From Mobula hypostoma (taxonomy: Eukaryota), in the NCBI RefSeq assembly GCF_963921235.1, contig NC_086119.1:4030001-4094000 (forward strand): a stretch of 64,000 bases of DNA. Reading direction: 5' to 3'. Below are positions 1-12,769 of the stretch, one piece after another. The translations under genes and the position numbers were made by a program. A model generated the notes under the pieces. It saw nothing but the letters and a program-made list of their open reading frames with translations. It was not told where the DNA came from and searched no databases. Within the stretch, counting starts at the first letter, position 1. Every line of letters begins with the position of its first letter.

Positions 1-96
1 ACAAGTCTGCTCAAAGACACTGAGGCCCTGGGATAACACACGGAGCACTGCTCATTACCGTGCAAACACACAGTCTGGGAAATATAACAACGTAAC

Positions 97-356
97 AGTT
101 ACTGTATAACACCGGAGTCCGGTCTGTTAGTGTATAACACCGGGGTACGGTGCCGGTGGGGACGGGTTTGTCGGTGTATAACACCGGGGTACGGTACCGG
201 TGGGGATGGGTCTGTCGCTGTGTAACACCGGGGTACGGTACCGGTGGGGACGGGTCTGTCACTGTATAACACTGGGGTACGGTACCGGTGGGGACGGGTC
301 TGTCAGTGTATAACACCGGGGTACGGTACGGGTGGGGACAGGTCTGTCAGTGTATG
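97..356 (-). repeat. 44-bp CpG-rich minisatellite, ~6 copies; reverse complement of the 21486-25480 array
   Basis: Unit TATAACACCGGGGTACGGTACCGGTGGGGACGGGTCTGTCAGTG repeats in tandem and is the reverse complement of the large-array unit. Confidence 0.95.
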
Positions 357-1389
357 CTGAGCGGTGCTGAGGTGGATATATTCCATCGTTACTGACTGTG
401 AACACTCGGGCTTGTGCGTTACCGGGGAATATTGAATGATTTCCCTTGCAAACGCACTATTTTGCTAACTCAGCACTGTGCTCATCGTTGACTTGAGCGA
501 GGGTGTTTATGAAAGACAATTTGAACCGTGGTTAATCTGTAACACGGAGCAGAGGAATTGCAAGGTTCACTACCAGGTGAGCGATTACTGGAGAGTTGAG
601 GGATTCCTAGGTTTATTGATAGCCGCGTGTCTACAGGAGGGTTGTGAGGATTTCTAGAGCTGCTGATGCCACGAGGTTGGGGGAATGGAGAGGGAAGTCT
701 GTTCTATTCATTTACACGGCAAGTTTAATGTTAGACACCTTCACCGGAGTTTCATAAACGTTGTTGGACGGGAGCAAATGGAGATGGAACAGTGAAAGTT
801 TCAGCAACATGGTGAATGAGAGTGGTGGTGGGGTAGCAAAGGGGGTTTGCAAATGTTAATCCAAGTTCAAGTTTATTGTCATCCGTCTGTACGTATAGAC
901 AACCAAACGAAACAACGTTCCTCCGGACCGCGGTGCATCCAGAAAATATCACACACACTGCACACAAACCAGAATATTACCACAATACAGGCATCATAAT
1001 ATTTGGTGAGCTTTACCCACCAGATACAGGACCGACTGTGGCTCGGAGACGAGAATCAGCTCTCATAGTCTCAGCTTTCCTTATGGCGTTGGAGGCCATT
1101 CGTCTTATTAAGCCTGTACTAGCTCAAACCAATCCCACCAGACAAATCACCTCACTTGTTTCTCTGAAACCCTTTTCTCGTGCCCCCATTAACGCCCCCT
1201 GCAATTACATCGGTGGGAAATTTCCCAATTAACCTACCGATTCCTGGAGTTTTTCAGCACTCTGGGGAAACCTCAGAGGTGACAGAGAATGTGCAAACTC
1301 CACGCCGACAGCACGGGATGTCAGAATCACTGGAAAAGAGGCAGGCAAGATTTATTTATGTAACTCTGAAACCCTCAGTTTTTCCTGTC

Positions 1390-1995
1390 AACACGCAAAA
1401 TGCTGGAGGAACTCAGCAGGTCAGGCAGAACCTCTGTAAATGAATAAACAATCGATTTTTCGGGTCAAGACCCTTCGTCAGGATGGGAAAGCAAGCGGGA
1501 AGATGCTAGAATAAAAAAGTGGCGGAAGGAGGGTGGCTAGAGGGTGATAGGCGAGGCCGGGTGGGTGGGAAAGGTCACGGGCTGGAGAGGAAGGAATCTG
1601 ACAGGAGGGGAGAGTGGAGCACAGGAGAGAGGGAAGGAGGAGGGGATCCAGAGGAGGTGATAGGCAGAGGCCAGAGTGAGGAATAGAAGTAGAGGGAAGA
1701 GGGAGCGAATTAAGGAGAAATTTATATTCATACAATCAGGTTGGAGGCTACCCAGGCGTTGCTCCTCTACCCTGAGGATGGCCTCATCTTGGCACAAGAG
1801 GAAGCTGTGGACTGACATGTTGGAACGGGAATAGGAATCGGAATTAAAACGTTTGGCCACTGGAAGTTCCACTTGTTGTGAATACATTTATGACGGATCT
1901 CACCAATGTAGGGGAGGCTGCATCGGGAGCACCAGATAGGATAAATGGCCACAGCAGGTTTGAGGAGCTGCCTCGGTCGGAAGGGCTGAATGGGG
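1390..1995 (-). mobile_element. Penelope-like retroelement 3' fragment (GIY-YIG remnant plus terminal repeat)
   Basis: Minus-strand translations IWCSRCSLPYIGE and LPVAKRFNS resemble the Penelope GIY-YIG endonuclease. The fragment ends in the recurrent ACACGCAAAATGCTGGAGGAACTCAGCAGGTCAGGCAG block. Confidence 0.7.
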
Positions 1996-2608
1996 ATGGA
2001 GACGTATTGTTCATGACGATGACGTTGGAACTTGACACACGAGCCGGAAAGGCCGGTTATCTGATATTGTGGAATCCGATATACAGACCCAACCTGACAG
2101 ACAGAAGGTGGTTGGGTGGGGGGGTGGTGGCTGTTCCTGGAGCCGACATTGGGCATTGTTGGAATGGTTCAGGGAGACACAGAGGGGTCAGAGAGAGGTG
2201 GAGGGGATGGTAATTACACTGATGGGCTTGGGGTCTCCCTTAGGCAGCGGGGCTGGGGGTGTTGGACACGGGAGCTGAGGTACTGCAGTTCAGTCACAGG
2301 GACCGCACTCTCTGTTCAAAGTCCCTGCTGTCGGCAGGAAGTGTGTGTGGGGGGGGGGGGCCGGGGCGGCGGCGGCGGGGAGTCTCCTGGGACCACCAAA
2401 TCCCACTCTCTCCCGGTCGTTGGATTCTGCTGTGCATGGAGTCTGCCGCATTGTAGGAGGGTCTGGTGTCCAGGGAATGGGCAGGGTGAGTCGTGTTTTC
2501 CAGGACAGGAGCAGGGCCTGTCCAAGGGGATGAATCCAGGGGTAGAGCCGCTGAATGGGCGTATCCAGTGGGCGGGACCTCAACCGGGGTTGGGGTAGGG
2601 GTTGCGAC

Positions 2609-2719
2609 ATGGAGTCGGTGACCGAGTGGCTCCAGCAGCGCTTCCCCGCGGTGCGACACCTGGGCCCGGATGCGCTGGAGCAGCTGCTTCGGGAGGAGCG
2701 GGGGCGGCTGCTAGTGCTG
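2609..2719 (+). CDS. Rhodanese-domain gene A, coding exon 1; full CDS join(2609..2719,3424..3532,6322..6581), 159 aa
   Basis: ATG at 2609, 37 codons MESVTEWLQQRFPAVRHLGPDALEQLLREERGRLLVL, GTGAGC donor at 2720. Same length and phase as exon 1 of paralogs B and C. Confidence 0.9.
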
Positions 2720-3423
2720 GTGAGCGCGGACTGGCCGATCCCGAAGGGGCAGCGGTTCCGGGCAACTTCACCGCCCAACGCCGAGGCCGCAGCTACTGGA
2801 GAACGACCCGAAACGCGGCGTCCCTCCATCAGAACTCCACCGGGGAAATTTTGGTCCCTCCTCCTACCCCCGGGACTCCTCTCTTCGTCCTCCTGCTATC
2901 CTGGTATCTCTCTTTTCCCCACCCCGGGGTCTTTTCCTCGATTGGATCATAACTCAACCCCGTCATACAATCACTGTCGTCGGGAACGGGGGGAGCCCCG
3001 AAACAAACATTGAACCGGCCTCCGCTGAAAATTCTCAAAGTAAATCTTTATCATCAAGGTACTGTACATATAAGTCACCATTTACAACCCCGAAATTCTT
3101 TCTCGGAAGCATGTCCTCACGTATGAGCCCCTCTGACACTGGGAACGTTCGGCCCACTGGGTCTCTGCTAGCGCCCAACTCTTACAGTGACCCCGCCCAC
3201 TTCATTTCCCCCACCGGATGCACTGTGACCTATTTGCGCTTATATAAGTTTTCCCCACCCCACCCCACTCCACCCAACCCATCCTGCCCATCGCTGGGAT
3301 GTGGGGGGTGACGGAGACCCCGGAAGGAAGGGAACCCCCTCCGATCACAGGGAGAGCGGGCAAGTTCCCCCCCCCCACCCCAGGGAGAGAAGACAACGGA
3401 CCGGTGTCTCCCTCTCGTTACAG

Positions 3424-3532
3424 GACGTCCGCAGTCCGGCCGAATATGAAGTCAGTCACTTGGAGGGAGCCGTTCGCGTCGACCCAGAGACCACCGACAT
3501 GGAGAGGGTGGTGGAGGAGCTGGGTCTGGCAG
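3424..3532 (+). CDS. Rhodanese-domain gene A, coding exon 2
   Basis: CTCTCGTTACAG acceptor; encodes DVRSPAEYEVSHLEGAVRVD (rhodanese DVR..EY..H..GA motif); 109 nt; GT donor at 3533. Confidence 0.92.
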
Positions 3533-3536
3533 GTAA

Positions 3537-5240
3537 TCTTGCCCGACAAATCTGTTAGAATTATTTTGTGGAAATGATATACAGGATAGACACAGGAGAG
3601 TCAGTGGATGTTGCTTATGTGGATTTTCCGACGGTCTTTGACAAGAGCTGCTCATGAGGCCGCTTGGTATTACAGGAGGGATAAAAGCCTGGCTGACTGG
3701 CAGGAGGCAAAGAGTGGGGAAATGGGGGCTTTTCTGGTTGGCTCCTAGTGACTAGTGGTGTTCTGCTGGGGTTGGAGTTGGGACCATTTGGATGATAGAA
3801 TTGATGTCTTTGTGGCCAAGTTTGCTGACTATATGAAGATAGGTGGAGGGGCAGGTAGTGTTGAGGAAACAGGGTGTCTACAGACAGACTTAGACAGATT
3901 GGGAGAATGGGTGAGGAAGTGGCAGGTGGAATATAGTGTAGGGAAGTGTACGCTCAGGCACTTTGGGAGAAGGAATAGAGGGTAGACTGTTTTCTAAACA
4001 GGGAGAAAAGTCAAAAATCAGAGGTGCAAAGGGACTTGGGAGTTCTCATGCAGGATTCCCTGAAAGTTAGCCTGCAGGTTGAGTCGGTGGAAGGCAAATG
4101 CAATGTTAGCATTCATTTCGGGAGGACTAGAATGTAGAGGAAAGGCTATGATGTCGAGGCTTTATAAGGCTCTGGCCTGACTGCACTTGGAGTATTGTGA
4201 GCAGTTTTGGGCCCCTTATCTTAAAAAAAACTGATGTGCTGGCATTGGTGAGGGTCCAGCGGATATTCACGAGAATGATCTCAGAAATGGACGGGTTAAT
4301 GTATGAGTGTTTGATGGCTCTGGGCCTATACAGAAACTGCAACACATATGCTGACTGCTGTGCTACTGGTTGGTGGACATAGGATTTTCTCAGGGGAGAC
4401 CCTGTCGAAGGGTTAAGTAGATGTAAAAGACAACAAGGGGACACCCCAGAGTGTTTGCCAACGACCTGACCTAACACTTTGAGCCAGTTTACAGTCTGAA
4501 CCTAAACAGAAAAATATTGAAAGTTTTTCCAACAAGTTACTGTTCCAGATCTTTGTCGTCTGTGGACCAGTAAGCCACATGTTGAAGATGGTTTAGTTTT
4601 ATTGATGAATCAGTAAATTAAGCCAGTTCAAGATCATAACCTGACATCTATCTATGTCATGGTGTCGAAGAATGGTGGTGGTGGTGGGGGGGGGGGTGGT
4701 TCTCATTGGAACCCATTGAATATTGAAAGTCTCAGATAGTCTGGATGTGGAGAGGATGTTTCCTATAGTGGGGGAGTCTAGGACCAGAGGACACAGATAG
4801 AGTGGATGTGGAGAGGATGTTTCCTATAGTGGGAGAGTCTAGGACTAGAGGACGCAGGTAGAGTGGATGTGGAGAGGATGTTTCCTATAGTGGGGGAGTC
4901 TAGGACCAGAGGACACAGATAGAGTGGGTGTGGAGAGGATGTTTCCTATAGTGGTTTAGTCTAGGATCAGAGGGATGCCCATCTATAATGAAGATGAGAA
5001 GGAATTCCTTTCGCCAGAGTGTGGTGAATCTGGAATTTATTGCCGCAGATGGCTGTGGATGGCATCATGGGGTATATTTAAGGCTGAGGTTGATAGGTTT
5101 TTGATTAGTCAGGGCATCAAAGGTTATGGGGAGAAGGCAGGAGAATGGGATTGAGAGGGATAATAAGTCAGCTGTGGTGGAATGGTGGAGCAGATTCGAT
5201 GGGTTGAATGGCCTAATTCTGTTCCTCTGTCTTCTGGTGT
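3537..5240 (+). mobile_element. Degenerate CR1 LINE fragments in intron 2 of gene A (interrupted ~4330-4700), including a 61-bp tandem expansion at 4735-4975
   Basis: RT motifs (VAKFADYMKIGG, LDRLGEW), CR1 C-terminal region and 3' UTR. Homology starts about 4 nt after the exon 2 donor. Confidence 0.85.
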
Positions 5241-6321
5241 AAGGAAAACTGATCTCAGACCTCTGCTGCCTTGTGGCTGTACCCATTCATGGGGAAGGCG
5301 TTGGCAGTAAATCCCGGGGAAAAATCTGGAGCCAGTTCCTCAGGCAGTCCTATGTTGAGTTCAATGCTGACTGGTAACTCCTGTGACACCACTGGTACCA
5401 AACTGTATCGGTCTCCAAACTGTTGGATTCAGCCTGCTCATGGACAATGGCTTCGTACTGTCCTGGATTGTGTATTACGTAGACAGCTGGGTCACCACAT
5501 CCATGGTCGATTCTGAGCAATGGGGGCCTCTAATCAAAGAGTCTGAGGTGTGTGGAACTCGAATGAACAGGCTTCTGGTTGATGCTTCAAGAAACAAATG
5601 GTTAAATGGAAGCTGCTGTTTCAGAGTAACACACACACAAAATGCTGGAGCAGTTCAGAAGATCAGGCAGCAATAAACAATCGACATATCAGATTGAGAC
5701 CCCTCAACAGGACTGATCCTGGTGGTTTGGGACTTCAGGCTCCTATACCTCCTGCCCGATGTGAGGAGTGAGAAGATGGCCTGGCCCGGAGGGTGGGGAT
5801 CTTTGATGATGGACGCTGCAATCTTGAGGCAGCATCTCCTGCAGATATCCCGATGGTGAGAGGGACGTGTCCGTGATGGACTGGGCACAAGTCCACTACT
5901 TTCTCCAGCTTTTTACAGTCTTCTGCATTTGGGTTGCTGTGATGCAACCAGTCAGGATACAACATTCAAGATTGTTTCTCGTCATTCTTCAGAGCATGAG
6001 TGTAAAGGAGAGCAAAATGATCATTACTCCAGATCCAGTGCAGCTTAAAAAAGCACAAAGAACCCAATAAATAGAAATATATAACATTACCTTCTATACA
6101 TTGATTGTATGACATAGCATACTGCTACTGTCAGTGTAACACACACAAAATGCTGGAGGAACTTGGCAGGTCAGGCAATATATAAGGAAGAATAAACAGC
6201 TGAAGTTTCAGGCCGAGACCCTTCATCAGGACTTGGTGCCGGGAAGTGCTTGCAGGGTGATGTGTGACTGGAAGTGCACTGTGAGCTGCCTAACCCTCTC
6301 TATGCTCTGTCTCTCCCACAG

Positions 6322-6581
6322 GCAGCACTGTGGTCTGTTACTGCACAGTTGGATATCACGCCTCCCAAATGGCACAGAAGCTCTCTGAGGTTTGGGCCAG
6401 GGACTCCAGTCCGAGTGTCCCGGTGATGCCGAAAGTTTACAACCTGGACGGGGGCTTACGGAAGTGGAGCCAGGAGAACAGGCCCATGGTGGACGGCAGT
6501 AACCGCCTGACCAGCCAGGTTCATCCCTACAGCCAGCTGTGGGACCAGCTGCTGGAAGCTGATTTCAAACCTCCAGAGTAA
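6322..6581 (+). CDS. Rhodanese-domain gene A, coding exon 3 (active-site loop CTVGYH)
   Basis: Pyrimidine tract plus CCCACAG acceptor, phase-compatible. Encodes VVCYCTVGYHAS...YNLDGGLRKW...VHPYSQLW, TAA stop; AATAAA at 6744-6749. Confidence 0.92.
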
Positions 6582-6789
6582 TGCCCACTCCCCGGCACCA
6601 GACTCCTGCAGACACCTCTGGGCACAACGCCACTCCTCCTGACACAACACCCACCACCACCCCCTCTTGGCATTCGCCCAGCTGGAGGGGTTTAGCACCT
6701 TGTACACACCTCATCATGTGTAACTTGTTAGGGGGTTGAAGAAAATAAAGAAAATGGCTTGTTTAATATTGCTGTGTCCTGTATTTTGA

Positions 6790-7020
6790 ATTTAGAGATA
6801 CAGCTCAGTAACAGGACTTTCCTTCCCAAAGAGCCCACACTGCCCATGTGACCATCGAACTTGCTGACCGGTATGTCTTTGGACTGGGGGAGAGAATCAG
6901 AGCACCCAGAGGAAACCCACACAGTCACGGGGAGAACGTACAAACTCCAGCAGGAATTGAAGCCGGATCACAGGTACTGTAATGGTTACACATTCAGTGC
7001 TACACTGCTGTAGGCTACCA
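6790..7020 (-). mobile_element. tRNA-derived SINE (V-SINE/HE1-like core); related copies near 20750-21050, 26820-27000, 41548-41790, 41845-42120, 47840-48085, 50100-50720, 51450-51730, 56510-56830
   Basis: Shared core GTTCTCCCCGTGACTGTGTGGGTTTCCTCTGGGTGCTC...CCCAGTCCAAAGAC recurs many times on both strands. Confidence 0.7.
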
Positions 7021-10000
7021 TCTGCCTGGAGCAGCTGTGTCTGCAGAGGACCCAGACTGAGACAGGCGTCGAGTTCTGCTGGAGGGTGCCAGCTCAGTGA
7101 AAGATGGCCTTTGGTCAGCCTAGAACCTGTTGCTCTCTGGTACAACAGGCCAATGTCAACGCCTGGCAAAGTCCAGGCTTCGGGAGCCTCATCCCGCACT
7201 GGCCACTTTACATCATCGTCACTGCGGTTTCACAATTTATATGATTGTTCGTTTTATTGTAATAGTGCCAGTAACATTACACTGTCTTACATAAACATGC
7301 TCATCGCACCATTTGTCAACCTGTCCGTCTCCAGGCCATGTCACTCAGGGACTTAGGCTAGTATTATTTTGTGACTGTATGTGCTGGATTGTAACTGCAG
7401 TATCTGTGCTGTGTGTGACTGTATGTACTGTGTTTTGTACCTTGGTCCCAGATGAACAATGCTTTGTTTAGCTGCGTATATGTGTATAGAATGACAATAA
7501 ACTGGAACTTGAAGAGGACACCCTGAGGAAGCCAATGCAATTGACCTTTTTACTTTTACAAATCTACGTAGAATTGCTCATTACAGTTCTACAGTATGAC
7601 AACGAATACAGAGGCGATAACAGTATCCAGCACAATCTCAATAAAAACATCCCTATGCCTGGCAGGGATGACGGTTATCCCCTGCGGTGCCCAGCAGACC
7701 CGAACACCTCCATGGTACCATAATGATCTGTCTGGTCTATATGACCCACTCTGTATCACGTCACTCTACGTTCTCAGTTCTCTTCTCACTGCTGCCATCA
7801 GCAGGAAGGTACAGGAGCCTCAGGGCCCACAGCACTAGATTCAGGAACAGTTACTAACACTCAACAACCAGGCTCTTGAACCAGTGTGGTAACTTCACTT
7901 TCCCCATCACTGAACTGTTTCCACAACCTATAGACTCACTTTCAAGGACTCTTCATCTCATGGTCTTGATATATGTGTTGCTTATTCTTTCTCTCGTTTT
8001 GTATTTGCAGTTTGTTGTCTTTTGTACACTGATTGAACACCCAGGTTACTGTGGTCTTTCACTGGATCTATTATAGTTATTATTCTGTTATGAATTTATT
8101 GAGTATGCCCACAAGAAAATGAATCTCAGGGTTGTATATGGTGATGTACGTACTTTGATAATAAATTGACTTTGAACTTTGATCCACTCTATATGACCTG
8201 GGCACAAGTAGCAGTTTCAATTCCCGCTTGCTGAGACCAGAGTCGGGAACAGGAAGGTAGGTGTCAGGACCAGAGTTGCCCCTGTTATTCAGAGGGCTGA
8301 GGAATAAGACCATAAGATATAGGAACAGAGTTTGGCCATTTGGCCCATTGGGCCCACTGTGCCATTGAGGCTGATTGATCTCCCCTCTCAACCCCATTCT
8401 CTATTCTGAGACTGTGCTCTCTGTTCAAGACTACCCCACTAATTGAACCATCCTCTCCACGTCCACTCTGTCTACGCCTTGCAATATTCGATAGGATTCA
8501 ATGAGATTCCCCTCTCATTCTTCTAAACTCCAGCAAGTACAAGCCAGAGCCATCAAATGCTCCAAATACATAACGCTTTCATTCCTGGGATCATTCTTGT
8601 GAACCTCCTCTAGACCCTCTCCAATGGTAGCCCATCTTTTTTTAGATAAGGGGCACAAAACTACTCACAATACTCTGCGGTCTGACCAATGTCTTATAAA
8701 AGCCTCAGTATTACACCTTTGCTCTTAGATTCTAGTCTTCTTGAAATGCAAGCAAACATTGCATTTCCCTTCCTCACCACTGACTCAACCTGCAGGTTAA
8801 CCCTCAGGAAATCTTGCACAAGGCCTCCAAAGTCCCCTTGCACCTCTGATGTTTGCATTTTCATGTGGAGGTGGCAGTGCTCCGTGGGTGTGAGAATCCC
8901 AGAGTGAGATCAGTGGGATAAGGAATCGGGTGGATGATCGGCTCGGGCATTGAAGGGAGGGTGGAGTTGAAGGGCCAAGTGGCCTGTAACCCACTGTAAA
9001 TTTTGAAACCTTAGACGGTAACCAAGAACCAGCTGTATATTCATTACAGATTCCATTGGTGCTGGGGGAGGCCCCACGCTGTCATGCAGCAGGTAGTGCG
9101 GTTAGCTCCCGGCTCTGGAGACTCTGGTTTGATCCCAGACTCTGTGTGGAGTTTGCACATTCTCACTGTGAATGTGTGGTTTCCTCGCTGGCCGTGGGGT
9201 TAAGTGCCCGCTGTAAATTAGTCCAGAGCACTGATGTACTGAGGGAATGGAACAGAACCACGTGGGCATGGGAGGGGTGGGGGAGAACGGGTGAGAGGGA
9301 AGCTGTTCAAGGAACCAGCATGACTCGAAGGGCTGGTTGGCTGCCTTGTGTTCTTGTCAGCAATTTAACCAAAACCACCCCCCCCCCCCGCACTGTGCAG
9401 TTGATGGTTTCAATAGCTTCTGTGGATCATCGAGAAACTGATCTTGTAATTTAGGGTCAGAAGAGGAGGGGTAATCAGGTGACCCCCCTCCGCAGCCCCA
9501 GGTTATCGGAGTGAGTTAAGAGGCCAGAGATTCGAACTGCAGCCCTGAACTCCTAATCACGGCTGACAGCTCGGTGCCTGAGCCCGGGTGAGGCTGGCGC
9601 TGGTCGCTGGTTATCTCCCAGCTCACACAACTGCAATGAACCACCGTGAGGCTAATGGGGATGAATCGATCCGTACAAAACGCCTGCACCTTTCCCTCTG
9701 TCACAAATCCGATGTTCCACCAGTGTCACCCACTTTGGGAAAGAACAGCCTGTCTCTCCCCTCACCCCATCAAACCACTGATAACACAACCAGCTCCTCC
9801 AGCCCAGCATTACCACCCTCGCCAGGGTGAGTGTGAGTACGTGTGTGTGTCTGTGTAGGAGGGTGAGTGTGTGTGAGCAAGGATGTGTGTGTTTGTGCAG
9901 GAGGGGGAGTGTGTGTGTGTTTTGTGTGTGTAGGGAGTAGGGAAATGTATTGTCACAAAGATCCAGTTTTACACACGAGGAGGCCAGTCAGCAGAGAGCA

Positions 10001-10199
10001 CCAGCACTTTATTGTATTCACAGCTGCTTTGATTGTTTGGACAATGCGTCAGACCCTGTGTGTACACAGAAATCCAAGTTACATCTTCTAACCTTGATTA
10101 TTAGTCCACAAATTTCACCTTGCCACAAATAGCTGCTGTGCAGGGCAGAAGAATCAGAATTGGAGATTGGTCTGGGATCATATATAATGGGTTCATCCC

Positions 10200-12223
10200 C
10201 ATATATAAAGCAGTTATAATGGGTGACTTCAATCTACATATAGATTGGGTGAGCCAAATTGGTAAAGGTGCTGAGAAAGAGGATTTCTTGGAATGTATGA
10301 GGGATGGTTTTCTGAACCAACATGTCGAGGAACCAACTAGAGAGCAGGCTATTCTAGACTGGGTATTGAGCAATGAGGAAGGGTTAGTTAGCAATCTTGT
10401 CCTGTGAGGCCCCTTGGGTAAGAGTGACCATAATATGGTGGAATTCTTCATTAAGATGGAGAGTGATATAGTTAATTCAGAAACAAAGGTTCTGAACTTA
10501 AAGAAGGGTAACTTTGAAGGTATGAGATGTGAATTAGCTAAGATAGACTGGCAAATGATACTTAAAGGGTTGATGGTGGATATGCAATGGCAAGCATTTA
10601 AAGATCGCATGGATGAACTACAACAATTGTTCATCCCAGTTTGGCAAAAGAATAAACCAGGGAAGGTAGTGCACCCGTGGCTGACAAGGGAAATTAGGGA
10701 TAGTATCAATTCCAAAGAAGAAACATACAAATTAGCCAGAAAAAGCGGCACACCTGAGGACTGGGAGAAATTCAGAGTCCAGCAGAGGAGGACAAAGGGC
10801 TTAATTAGGAAAGGGAAAAAAGATTATGAGAGAAAACTGGCAGGGAACATAAAAACTGACTGTAAAAGCTTTTATAGATATGTGAAAAGAAAAAAATTGG
10901 TTAAGACAAATGTAGGTCCCTTACAGACAGAAAAAGGTGAATTGATCATGGGGAACAAGGACATGGCAGACCAATTGAATAACGACTTTGGTTCTGTCTT
11001 CACTAAGGAGGACATAAATAATCTTCCGGAAATAGTAGGGGATCGAGGGTCTAGTGAGATGGAGAAACTGAGGGAAATACATGTTAGTAGGGAAGTGGTG
11101 TTAGGTAAATTGAAGGGATTGAAAGCAGATAAATCCCCAGGGCCAGATGGTCCGCATCCCAGAGTGCTTAAGGAAGTAGCCCAAGAAATAGTGGATGCAT
11201 TAGTGATAATTTTTCAAAACTCTTTAGATTCTGGATTAGTTCCTGAGGATTGGAGGGTGGCTAATGTAACCCCACTTTTTAAAAAAGGAGGGAGAGAGAA
11301 AGCGGGGAATTATAGACTGGTTAGCCTGCCATCGGTGGTGGGGAAAATGCTAGAGTCAGTTATCGAAGATGTGATAACAGCACATTTGGAAAGCGATGAA
11401 ATCATCGGACAAAGTCAGCATGGATTTGTGAAAAGAAAATTGTGTCTGACAAATCTCATAGAATTTTTTGAGGATGTAACTAGTAGAGTGGATAGGGGAG
11501 AACCAGTGGATGTGGTATATTTGGATTTTCAAAAGACTTTTGACAAGGTCCCACACAGGAGATTAGTGTGCAAACTTAAAGCACACGGTATTGGGGGTAA
11601 GTTATTGATGTGGCATTCATAGCAAGAGGATTCGAGTACAGGAGCAGGGAGGTACTACTGCAGTTGTACAAGGCCTTGGTGAGACCACACCTGGAGTATT
11701 GTGTGCAGAGGAAAGACATCCTTGCCATAGAGGGAGTACAAAGAAGGTTCACCAGATTGATTCCTGGGATGGCAGGACTTTCATACGATGAAAGACTGGA
11801 TTGACTAGGCTTATACTCGCTGGAATTTAGAAGATTGAGGGGGGATCTTATTGAAACGTATAAAATCCTAAAGGGATTGGACAGGCTAGATGCAGGAAGA
11901 TTGTTCCCGATGTTGGGGAAGTCCAGAACGAGGGGTCACAGTTTGAGGATAAAGGGGAAGCCTTTTAGGACCGAGATGAGGAAAAACTTCTTCACACAGA
12001 GAGTGGTGAATCTGTGGAATTCTCTGCCACAGGAAACAGTTGATGCCAGTTCATTGGCTATATTTAAGAGGGAGTTAGATATGGCCCTTGTGGCTAAAGG
12101 GATCAGGGGGTATGGAGGGAAGGCAGGTACAGGGTTCTGAGTTGGATGATCAGCCATGATCGTACTGAATGGCGGTGCAGCCTCGAAGGGCCGAATGGCC
12201 TACTCCTGCACCTATTTTCTATG
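10200..12223 (+). mobile_element. Young CR1 LINE, 5'-truncated, with the RT core deleted
   Basis: Endonuclease motifs (MGDFN, SDHN), KSPGPDG, SQHGF, YLDFQKTFDKVPH and the CR1 C-terminus, ending in TTCTATG. Compared with the 52893 copy it lacks ~460 nt at ~11612 and 18 nt at ~11708. Confidence 0.95.
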
Positions 12224-12330
12224 AATACATCAGGTCTCGGCCCAAACATCAACGGTTTTTCCTCTCCACAGAGGCTGTCTGACCTGCTGAGTTCCTTCAG
12301 CGTGTTGTGCGTGTTGCCCTCGGTGTGGGA

Positions 12331-12602
12331 TCAGATTGGAGCCCTGAACTCGGGCTCCACCAGCTCAGCCCAGACCTTGTTGTAGGGGTGGACCAGGTGG
12401 GTGGGCTGCTCCTTGCCATCCACTATGGGTTTCCTCTCATTGGCCCACTTCGCCAGGCCTCCCTCCAGGTTGTAGACCACTGGGCAATGGTGCCCCGGCT
12501 GCTCAGGACCTGACGCCAGAGCCTGCTGCACTTTCTGAGCCATCTCCGAGCCGTGGTAACCCGCCGTGCAATAGCACACTACCTCTTTGTCCTTCAGATC
12601 GC
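12331..12602 (-). CDS. Rhodanese-domain gene B, coding exon 3 (active-site loop CTAGYH)
   Basis: TTGCAG acceptor, phase-compatible. Encodes GDLKDKEVVCYCTAGYHGS...YNLEGGLAKWANE...VHPYNKVW, TGA stop. 272 nt, same length as exon 3 of C. Confidence 0.9.
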
Positions 12603-12769
12603 CTGCAACGAGATCCATTGTGACTGGATATAATACATAATCAGAAATTTATAAAGCATCGGTCAGACCGCACTCAGAGGTTTATGAGCAGTTTGGGGCC
12701 CTGTATTGAAGAAAGGATGTGCTGGTATTGGAGAGAGTCCAGAGGAGGTTAATCATTTCACCTTTCACC

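Noticed and set aside
2555-3013. 152-aa single-exon ORF for gene A
   Set aside because: Homology to gene C ends exactly at the GT donor (2720), and the aligned start is ATG 2609; the remainder is intron read-through.
9460-9835. Unique stretch with a strong donor-like GGTGAGT at ~9826
   Set aside because: No recognisable coding homology or partner exon; an exon call cannot be supported.
12331-12480. Gene B as a recent A/C chimera because its C-terminus resembles C
   Set aside because: About 15 synonymous differences between B and C in this stretch indicate old protein-level conservation with faster change in A, not recent recombination.
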